DNA of 64,000 bases from Hydractinia symbiolongicarpus. Its lineage: Eukaryota. Below are positions 12,865 to 51,300 of this stretch, piece after piece. The notes below the pieces were generated by a model. The model saw nothing but the letters and a program-made list of their open reading frames with translations, did not search any database and had not been told where the DNA came from. How positions within the stretch are numbered: position 1 is the first letter of the stretch; every line of letters begins with the position of its first letter. The stretch spans positions 19,643,855 through 19,707,854 of the forward strand of contig NC_079880.1 of the NCBI RefSeq assembly GCF_029227915.1, given 5' to 3'. A program made the translations under genes and the position numbers.

Positions 12865-12978
12865 CAACCTCGTTCCCAGGGCCTTTTGCCTTGTTGATGA
12901 AGTTGATAGCGGCGAAAAGGTTGTTGGCCACTCCGTAATAACGGCTCAGGGGCTACAAAACTCTGTGGACGAGGTTGG
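12865..12978. mobile_element. MITE-like element of 114 bp. Its TIRs are ccaacctcgttcccaggg and ctctgtggacgaggttgg. Its 8-bp TSD is tgcaaaac at 12857-12864 and agcaaaac at 12979-12986.
   Basis: The two termini are reverse complements of each other and the flanking 8-mers match at 7 of 8 positions. Confidence 0.6.
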
Positions 12979-13303
12979 AGCAAAACAATTTGGGAAAGAG
13001 GGTTAGGGAAAATATTGTGAACATTAAAAAGAAAAATGTGCAGGTTAGCTGGGTAATCTGAAGAACGGGTTAAACACTTCAAATGCTCAGAGATTGATTG
13101 CTTTTGAAATCTCAAAATATCACATACTTTTGTACATGTGAAAAGAAATACGGTGTAAACATATTTTTGAAAACCCCACTTCGTACCCAATATGATTTTC
13201 GTGTAAAAACTGAAAAAAATCTTAGACTTCACGGAAACAAAATTTGAGAGCTATTTTGAAACGGAATATTCCACTAATAAAATTTAACTCTTTAAATGTT
13301 AAA

Positions 13304-13375
13304 CCAACTTTATCCCCAGAATTGTTAGGATTTTTGTGTTGGATGGAATTTAAACAATCCCTGGGGACGAGATTG
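13304..13375. mobile_element. Short 72-bp MITE-like element of the same TIR family. Its TIRs are ccaactttatccccag and ctggggacgagattg. Its 8-bp TSD is atgtYaaa at 13296-13303 and 13376-13383.
   Basis: Direct reading of the sequence. Confidence 0.5.
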
Positions 13376-13731
13376 ATGTCAAATCAATGAGTTCTTTTTC
13401 ACGCTTGATTAACTAATTCGAAAACCACTGAGATAATTTATCATGCTGAATGATCTGCACGTTCGGGAACGAGCTGGCTAGCTTGCTGCAAAAATATCAG
13501 CCTGGTATTTGAACAGACGGAGACTTTAGAAGAAAGATAAAAGAAAAACAGAAACAACGAACTCCAAAGATCTTCAAAGGTCTACGCCGTGTACGTTTGA
13601 TAAGACGAATCAGCAGCAGATCCTCTTATTTTTAAAGGAGAATGTTCAAGACGTTGTAGCTTTAATAAGATAGACAAATCTGCAGCTGGAAATCCGAAAT
13701 ATTTAGTTTATCAATACTTGAAAAATCGGAT

Positions 13732-15771
13732 ATGCTCTTTTGCAGAATGTGCTCAGTATTCCTACGAATTATTTTACTCGCACAATGTTATTACTCATAC
13801 CAAGTCGAAAGGAGGACATCTGATGAGATATTTCATGTAGAAACACCGACTAATTGCAATCACGTGTTTTTTAACCAATCATTTGGCATTCTAACTAGTC
13901 CGTTTTTCCCATTAGGTTATCCGGATGGCACGTCGTGCAAGTGGAAAATAAAAATGGAGGAAGGGTCGCGAATTGTTTTGTCTATAAAAGCGTTTACGTT
14001 AGGTCTTGGTGACAGATTGGAAATAACAGAAAATAGTGAGACATCTATTTATAGTCTCGAACGCCCTCCAAATGACGTCATATTTTCATCAGGGAACGTC
14101 CTTTCTATACAACTAACAAGCAACAAGACCAAATCACAAGTTGTTGATCATACTATAAAAGAATTGAATGAGAATCACACCTTCTACGCAGTGTTCGAGA
14201 AGGAAGGCTGTGGTGGTTTGTTAACAGAGTCTAGTGGATACATAACTGTTCCATCATATATTCATTTATCACAAAAATCGCACCAATGCGCATGGACTAT
14301 ACTCGGCCCAGCAAATAAAGTCATCGATTTGCAGTTCTTACAATTTGATTTACCACCCGGTTCATGTCCATACACGAATATTTATCTACGGGAAGGAGAG
14401 CGCACTGCAGGTTATGTATTAGGAGATTTCTGTGAAGAAAACCCGCCTGTGAATGAATTGCGTTCTTCCAGTAATGTTATATACATTGCGTATAGAACAC
14501 GTCCAAATTTTCTCTCTGGTAGGGTCGAAATGCTTCCAACTGTAAAAATGTTTTATAAATTTTCAGAAGTATGCGGCGGAGAGCTTACGGGCTATTCTGG
14601 TTCTTTCGCTACTCCCAGAAGATGGCTGGACGACGTGTATTCATGTAACTGGACCATTAATGTTCCACAACAAAAATACGTGTCCCTGAACTTCAAGGAG
14701 TGGTCAGTGGCTCCTTTTATAGAGGACGAAGTACGAATTGTTGTTCCGAGTAAAAACGAAATTTACTGGTCGTCAAATACATCTCACCCGTCTAAAACTC
14801 TTGTTATACCAAGCAATAAAGTAGTTATATCACTCACTTCTCATAGGAAGAAGAGTTCACTCACCACTTTAAACTTTTATGGTGTATTCCAGGCTGTAGC
14901 TTCCATAGATAAACAATGTATTGACGTTGGATATAAACAGTTATTCATGTGTGACGAGTGGAAATATATTGATTGTTCATTGAAGTGTGACGGAGTGAAC
15001 GACTGCGATAACGCCATGGATGAAAACAACTGTCCGTTACAAAGTTTGGAAACAGCCATTGTTCTGACGCACCATCACGCCAAACCCCACAATGTCTCTC
15101 GTTATTCTGTCGCTCTATTTACCATTGTTGGAGTCCTCATGTTTATTCTTGTTGTTTGGATCATGATTGACAGGTTTTATAAAAAGGGTGAGCGTGCGAG
15201 CAGACCGCGCATGCGCATGACAAATAAATACCCACGCTCAGAGCAACCATATGTGCGACCTCCACCTTACGTAGAATATGACGAAAGTCAACCTGCAAAA
15301 ATAGATGCACCACCTCCGCCCTATAGTCTCTGCGAAGAAGCATCTTATTGCGATAATGAAAGCCTTCGAAGAGATATTACTGCAAGCGCCGCACGCAATA
15401 GGTATAATAACACTAATAACACATCAGTTGAAGACCAACCCATGGACGAATCTACTGAATTATTTCATGACACAGACATCTTAGGAAGCAGTGGCGACGT
15501 TGCAACACTTGATCCCGTTAATATACCGGATATCACCGACAATTTAGCAGATAATGACGATAATTCCGTCAGTATACACGATATAATCGACAGATCAGCA
15601 GAGAAGGATAGTGATTTGCAAAAAAATTTATATCCAGACGTAAACAATGAAACTAATAGGGACATAAGTGAAAGTACCGACACGTCATATGATAGCGATA
15701 ACGAGTTTTCGTCGGACGACAGTATGTCATTGCCTGATCAGGAAGCATATGCAAAACGATACGAAGACTAA
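13732..15771 (+). CDS. Intronless 679-aa type-I membrane protein. It has a signal peptide, three CUB domains, one LDL-receptor class A module, a TM helix, and a cytoplasmic tail with two PPxY motifs and an acidic Ser/Asp-rich C-terminus.
   Basis: The ORF is uninterrupted. It contains CUB Cys/Trp patterns (CxWxI... with YP..YP), the LDLa motif CDGVNDCDNAMDENNC, the hydrophobic stretch VALFTIVGVLMFILVVWIMI, and the motifs RPPPYVEY and PPPPYSL. Confidence 0.8.
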   Translation: MLFCRMCSVFLRIILLAQCYYSYQVERRTSDEIFHVETPTNCNHVFFNQSFGILTSPFFPLGYPDGTSCKWKIKMEEGSRIVLSIKAFTLGLGDRLEITENSETSIYSLERPPNDVIFSSGNVLSIQLTSNKTKSQVVDHTIKELNENHTFYAVFEKEGCGGLLTESSGYITVPSYIHLSQKSHQCAWTILGPANKVIDLQFLQFDLPPGSCPYTNIYLREGERTAGYVLGDFCEENPPVNELRSSSNVIYIAYRTRPNFLSGRVEMLPTVKMFYKFSEVCGGELTGYSGSFATPRRWLDDVYSCNWTINVPQQKYVSLNFKEWSVAPFIEDEVRIVVPSKNEIYWSSNTSHPSKTLVIPSNKVVISLTSHRKKSSLTTLNFYGVFQAVASIDKQCIDVGYKQLFMCDEWKYIDCSLKCDGVNDCDNAMDENNCPLQSLETAIVLTHHHAKPHNVSRYSVALFTIVGVLMFILVVWIMIDRFYKKGERASRPRMRMTNKYPRSEQPYVRPPPYVEYDESQPAKIDAPPPPYSLCEEASYCDNESLRRDITASAARNRYNNTNNTSVEDQPMDESTELFHDTDILGSSGDVATLDPVNIPDITDNLADNDDNSVSIHDIIDRSAEKDSDLQKNLYPDVNNETNRDISESTDTSYDSDNEFSSDDSMSLPDQEAYAKRYED

Positions 15772-16769
15772 AGCGGCAAATCTTAAAACAATTTTCAACG
15801 AAATATAAAATCGATAAAGTGCAAGGAAACAATCACCTATTTCAGTAAAAAGACTGATACAAAGTTTGACTTTACGCACACAGATGCAGCTTGGTATACT
15901 GTCCCTATACTGTCATCAGGATTGTATGAAACTTTCTGTCTGTTTACGTGTGTTAAAATCTTTAATTTGAACGTATTTTTAAGCAAAGTTGTTCTATCTT
16001 GTATCTTTTTGACATCGGGGCAGCGATACGAACGTCATGATGTCAGAATATAAGATGTCCTGGGGACGAGGTGGCATAAAATTTTACTGGCTGATTACAT
16101 TTTTTTTGTCCTAAAGCTTTTCCGCTTCAGGGACACATATACATGGTGTCCATCTCGTCACACCGACACTTTTCGTTGATGAGAAATTATATACAATACA
16201 TGAGAACGAGGCTAAATAAGCAGGACAGCACTGGGTATATCATCACCTAAAACTTTTATATTTTTGGAATAGCTCATTAATTTAGGAAAGTGATGAAAAC
16301 AATACGCGACAGAAAATTATCTGCGAAATTTACGAATATGTGCAAAGAAAAATTTACAAATAATAACTAAAAAAACATAAAATGCAAGTGTAAAATAATA
16401 ACAAATTTCCTTTTTAAAACACCGCAACCAAAGTTAATTTTGAGATATTTTTTAAAGGGCATTGAACCTTTCTCCAGAGGGCGTTGTTTGTATTTTTTTT
16501 TTATAAAATACTGCGTAAAATTATTTTTAAAAACGACAAAATCAAAATACAAGTTTAGTTAAACCACATTCTGCTAAAAATAAATTAAAATAAAAACGAA
16601 CGAAATCCCAAAGTTTTTATAGTATAATTGTCGAGCTTCTGTGGAAGTTAGATATTCGAGACAATCGAAATTTTATTGAAAATCTTACCGATCAAAGCCT
16701 GCTATTCTAAACGAACTTAAAACCGAACAATTTTATACGTATTTCCTAACTTCTTAATTTCAAATTTTA

Positions 16770-46058
<29,289 letters not shown>

Positions 46059-47474
46059 TTATTATGTATACATTCTAAAAATAAAGTAAGTTTTTGTCAA
46101 CAAAATTTATGTATACATGATTTATGTAAGATATTATAAACAATAAACATAAATTATATGCATATTGTTGGACCCAAATGTTCAAAACAAACAAAAAGAG
46201 TTTAGATTGTCAGGCTGTAATATAGTGTACTCAGTAGCCGTTAAGCGGCTATTTCCTAATCGAAATTTATCCCAAATTTCTTAATTTATTAGAAGTGCTA
46301 AATATATTCACTACAAAATATGGGACTTATAGCCCATTATATGCAAGTTGTAAAAGAGTAACATTTCAATAATACCCACAACCACTTTGATAGAATTCCC
46401 ATTTGGGATTTAGCGGCCCTTATTTTACATTTTTGGATTACAGTGTGACTGTGTTTGGCCTATTTTTGTATTATTCTAGTAGTAGTAGTAAAAGATACAA
46501 CAGGAGAGAATCTTCATAGTTGGTAAGATATAGATAAGATGTATCAATAGTTGAAACAATCAAGAGTAGAGCCTTTGTTTTTGTAGACAGGAATAACCTT
46601 AGCTAATTTTAAAATAAAAGGAAAAACAATAAAAGATTAGGACTAGAAGATTTATTGAGATTTAAAGAATTGATAGTAGTTACACTTTAGTAGAGTCTTT
46701 TAACAGAATCTGTTAGTGAAAGAGAAAGAGATGAAGAGATGAACTGTTTAGACTAAAAAGGAAAGTACTACTTAAATCTGTGCAGGTGGCAACCTACTAA
46801 GAACTGCCTTGACTATTGAGCATACAAGGCTAATTTATAGCATCAGAAATTGTAAAGTTAGTAAGATTGCTTAGAAAATGGAGGAAGGCCAGACCAAGAA
46901 AAACTTACCAAAAATTAATGACAAATTTGAGACAGAAGAATTTGAGTTGTAACAAAATCTAGATCAGATTGAAAGGTTGTTAATCCAAAAACTACTAGTA
47001 TGAGCTCCACAATTATTTACACGCAAAACTAGTTTAGGTAAAATATTAATGTGTAGCTAGCTATGGTAGTTACAATTTCTTTAATTTATACAAAAACATT
47101 AGTATTTACCTTGCCCTTTCCGTTTTGCACTGCTCTGTTGGGGCTTTTTTTAGAAATTAATGTTATAAGATGTGCATATTTTACATGCCTAGCCTCACAA
47201 ATATCGAGGGATATACCCTGTCTATTATTTCCAGCAGGGGCCATTGCTTAGATGGAGAGTCCCAGCAACATTGTTTACATTAATACCTCCAAATGTGCAT
47301 GCCAATAGGGCATTACCACTTATGCATGCTCAAGTTAATATTGAGACTATGATTCCATGTATTTAGCCAGTGTAGGTTTTTAACCTTTTAAAAAATTCAG
47401 TGTTGCTGTCCGCATCTTTTAAACCTTGTATTTTATTAAAGATGGATCTATAAAGGAGGCATACAGTACTGCTT

Positions 47475-47640
47475 GAATGCTATCTAAAAAAGCTTTTCTA
47501 ACACCGTTTTTTGTTCTTAAATCTTTAAAATGCAATCTCTAAAAGCCTTTCCAACGCCACTTTTCGTTCTTAAACTTTTAAAATACGATTTAAAAAAGCT
47601 TTTCTATCACCATTCTTTGTTCTTAAATTTTTAAAACTAA
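47475..47640. repeat. Three tandem copies of a unit of about 53 bp (aaaagcttttctaacaccgttttttgttcttaaatctttaaaatgcaatctct).
   Basis: Direct reading of the sequence. Confidence 0.8.
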
Positions 47641-48005
47641 ATAGAACAATAGGACACACAATTTGCAAGCTAGCTACGGGAGGTTTGTTTGAAGGTGATA
47701 ACTATCACTTACATGTAAAGTTACATTCGAGCAGTACTCTACATCCATAAAAGTTCACAGTGCCGTGAACAATTTTTTTTTTATCATGACGAAATTGTAC
47801 CATGGAGAAATTGTACCTAATGTCAAAAAATAGCACTTCTGTAGCTAGGCTAAAGGTCCAGTATGTTAAATTAAATTTGTGCCAAATCTAACACATAGAA
47901 GAAACTTAATTAATGCACACAGAAACTACTATGCATAATAAAGTTAAAAAGATTTCAAAAATTGACTGACTGACCACTAAAACTGTATTAACTGTAAAAA
48001 CGTTT

Positions 48006-48048
48006 AGATTTTTAAAGATGTGTAACTATAACACATCTTTAAAAATCT
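48006..48048. repeat. Perfect hairpin with an 18-bp stem and a 7-nt loop (agatttttaaagatgtgt / acacatctttaaaaatct).
   Basis: Reverse-complement check. Confidence 0.9.
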
Positions 48049-48726
48049 CGAATTCAAAGCAATTTACTAAAAAAGATTGAAACATTGCAATTCACAAAGC
48101 AGTATAATCTTGAAAAATGCAAAGCCAATATGTAAATGAATGGGTTTAGCCCATTTTTTTGCTTTTAAACTACATGCCCTCTGACGTTGTGTGGTGCAAT
48201 ACTTGTTGACCCAGAGGCCACAGCGGTTTCATTTTCTTCCAAAACAACAAAAATGCCATCGCTCTTCATCGTTGCTGATATCAACATAACAAGACTATAC
48301 TCAGGACCCCAGAACAGGGGCTTTACCTTGGAGGATTTTTTTTACAAGAAATAAAGAAGTGAGGAGTACCATACTTGTCCCCAGGGTTATCCCTTTCTTT
48401 TTTTGCAGGCGTTTTGTAGCAAAATAAAATGTGCTTTGTAAGTAAAGAATTTTAATGTCTTGTTTTCAAAATCAACATCGTTGAATTAGTGCAACAATCC
48501 AACAAGAAGTCAACAGTAAAAAAACAAAAATCTTGTTATAAAAGGTTGTTTATACAGTATAAATCCGAAAAATTAACATAAAGTGACGATTTTAAATAGC
48601 TGTAAAAAATGTTAGCAAGAGAATTGCAGCACACCAAAGAAAACTCAGTCTCGTTTCGAGAGCTTTCCTAACGCTGTCTGATATTTTTGAACTACAAAAT
48701 TTCTCTTTCTCAACATTGATCAATAT

Positions 48727-48838
48727 AGCACCCTCGTCCCTAGGTTTTTTTTGTCTTTTTGATATGACAAGACGACGAAAATTATTTTCGAGGTCATCTC
48801 CTATATCAAGAAGGCAAGAAACCCTGGGGACAAAGGTG
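48727..48838. mobile_element. MITE-like element of 112 bp, same TIR family as 12865-12978. Its TIRs are agcaccctcgtccctagg and ccctggggacaaaggtg. Its perfect 8-bp TSD is ATCAATAT at 48719-48726 and 48839-48846.
   Basis: The TIRs are reverse complements of each other and the flanking 8-mers are identical. Confidence 0.65.
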
Positions 48839-49347
48839 ATCAATATAGTTTAAGGACGACGGAAAGTTACAAAGAATGAAGGTCGACTCCAGCACCGTTT
48901 ACCTTGGGGCGGCGACGAGTTGCTAAAACTAGAATTCGTATAAATTCAAAATTAATATTCGAACGTTTAAGTGCTACATCGTCAATTACTTGCTTACTGT
49001 GCGCACAATTACTCAGAAATGTTTGGATACATCATTTATTTATTAAGTTTTAGTTCTTTAAATTAAGTTTTTTGCAACGCAGCTTTTTAAAATTTTGCAC
49101 AAACTTTGAGGTGGATCGTAAATAGCTCTGGGGTCGAGAATGCATTCATGGATTGTCTTAGCGACATCACTTTCGTTCTTCCTTCGTTTAAAGTCGTAGT
49201 GGTTTATATCATCCTCATCTCCAGAGTTTGTTACCTGATGTCGCAGCCGCCAGCGCTCACTTGAACACCTGGGGACAATATTGGCTTGGATTTATTTTTA
49301 CGGTGTCGCTATTGTTTCTACTGAAATGTCTGCAAAGCGATAACGTA

Positions 49348-49420
49348 ACCTTATGTTAGGATCGAACCCACAACCTTCGGACAAGAGTCAAATGCTCTAC
49401 CGACTGACCTACCGATAAGC
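49348..49420 (-). pseudogene. tRNA-Lys(CTT)-derived sequence, either a tRNA pseudogene or a SINE head. It keeps the D-arm AGTCGGTAGAGC, the anticodon loop CTCTTGT and the T-loop GGTTCGATCC, but the acceptor and T stems are disrupted.
   Basis: The minus strand reads GCTTATCGGTAGGTCAGTCGGTAGAGCATTTGACTCTTGTCCGAAGGTTGTGGGTTCGATCCTAACATAAGG. This resembles the eukaryotic tRNA-Lys-CTT sequence as recalled from memory. Confidence 0.5.
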
Positions 49421-49551
49421 TTCATGCTTTGTAGAAACGTAAGGTCCTGATTAAAACGCCAGCGACTATGTTCTATTCATTCTTTATATCTAGTGAAAGA
49501 TCTATCCACCAGAATTGTTGAAGAAGGAATGATTGAAGTATATTTAACTTC

Positions 49552-49652
49552 ATTGGCACTGTCTTCGTCCAATTGACACTGTCTTCGTCCTATTGACACT
49601 GTCTTCGTCCAATTGGCACTGTCTTCGTCAAATTGACACTGTCTTCGTCCAA
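49552..49652. repeat. Five tandem copies of a 20-bp unit (AATTGACACTGTCTTCGTCC) next to the tRNA-like sequence.
   Basis: Direct reading of the sequence. Confidence 0.9.
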
Positions 49653-51109
49653 GTAACTGTTATTGACAACTGACATCTTCATACAACGCATTTTTTACAT
49701 TTGGATTTTTTTGTCGTTTTCATAATATGCATAGTTAAAAATATTGTGTTCATAATATGCATATAGTTAAAAAAAGGTAAGAAATTAGGGTTTAAAATCG
49801 CAAAAATATGTTCCGCAAAAATTGCTCGTCATAAAAACATCACAGGAACGCAAAATAACAAACAATTGCGAGTTCAGAAACAGTTCTGTTTTACCGCAAA
49901 CTATGGCATCGATCAGATATAAAAGAACTACAAGAAGATCTGGGGATTAAATTTACTGCCACTCCACCATTCTAGTTCGGTCGTGATCCCTATCGTTATT
50001 CTAAGAAGTTAAAAGGCAACCTCTTTTCCAAAGTTTCTTAGTTCTTTCTTGTTTAGATTCCGGCCCTATATATATAAAAATTCAAGCTCTGAAACGATGT
50101 ATTGTTGAAATTGGTGTTTAATCCAAAATGTTTTCGTTTCAAAATAATCTCTACTTTACATTCCACCAGGATAATAATGGCGTCGACCATTCCCATTCGG
50201 ATGCGGACTAAGGCCTGGGGTGCAGGACGAGGTCTCACGGTCTGCGTACTTTTGTTTTGCGGTCTTGATGAAAATAGGATTGTTGCATGCAAAAAATATA
50301 TAGTGGAAGGTTGCTCTTCTTTTGCATTTTGACACAAAATGTGTTAAGTACATTTCGATAATGATGGCTGGACGTACACGTATTAGTGGAATCTCCTTTT
50401 GTGGACTTAAAAATTGCAGACCTGCTTTTTCTACAAAAAATGCGAGGCAATTGAACTATTTGGCTTTTGATACATGCACAAAAAAAGCGAGTCCTGGTCA
50501 CCATGACCATGCGAAGGTAACAATAAGGTAAGTCTTGAAATTAAAAATTCTACGTATTAGCGAATTATAGCCAATTTTAAAATATTTTTCAAAAGTTATT
50601 TCTGTTGAGAAAGTGCTCAATACCAACAAAGATGAAATAGAGCAATGTTAAAATTCAATGTATTTGAAAATAAGTTAAAAGTATATAGCTAACTGTCGGT
50701 TTCACGCTGAATGATTATACAGTGATAAACTACTTCAAAAAATTTTTAAAAAAACTGTGTAAATCTGGTGGCAATATTTACAAGTTACAGATATAGAAGA
50801 GTATTACAATTAAAAAAAAAACAGTTAAAAGAAAGACGTATAAAATTATTTGCCTGCTCTGAAATCATGTGGTTACATAGAAGAGATAAAGTTTGAAAAA
50901 AGAAACAAAAAGGAAAACAAATCAAGATCGAGAAAAATAATATAGTTCAATCCACCGTTAATACAAACGTTGCAAAGCGATTTTTATCAGTTGTCAGCAA
51001 AAACTTTCCTAAAACACATAAATTCCACAAAATTCTGAATAGAAACACTTTAAAGGTTAGCTTTAGCTGTTTACAAAACATTTCGTCAATCGTATCAGTA
51101 CACAATAAA

Positions 51110-51300
51110 AAAGTTTTAAGAGGAGAACCGCAAAACCAAGAAGTCAAATGTAATTGCAGAATTAAAACTAACTGCCCACTCGAAGGAAAATGTCTCAATA
51201 AGAGTGTTATTTACAAATGCCATGTCAAATCGAGGCCACAAGATGGCAGTGTTCATTATATTGGCCTTACAGAAGGAACTTTTAAAAAGGAGATTCTGTT
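51110..51300 (+). mobile_element. GIY-YIG endonuclease-like fragment with an upstream Cys-rich motif, as in the C-terminal EN domain of Penelope-like retroelements (..KCNCRIKTNCPLEGKCLNKSVIYKCHVKSRPQDGSVHYIGLTEGTFKKEILFK..).
   Basis: Plus-strand translation. It carries a VIY (GIY) motif and a YIG motif preceded by CxC..C. No intact ORF is present. Confidence 0.35.

Noticed and set aside
12843-13232. A 129-aa minus ORF.
   Set aside because: It spans MITE copies and low-complexity DNA and has no protein-like composition.
50053-50531. Five mutually overlapping ORFs on both strands in a GC-richer patch.
   Set aside because: There is no consistent frame or codon bias and no recognisable domain. 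It is probably decayed mobile-element sequence, possibly PLE RT, or a CpG-rich non-coding region.
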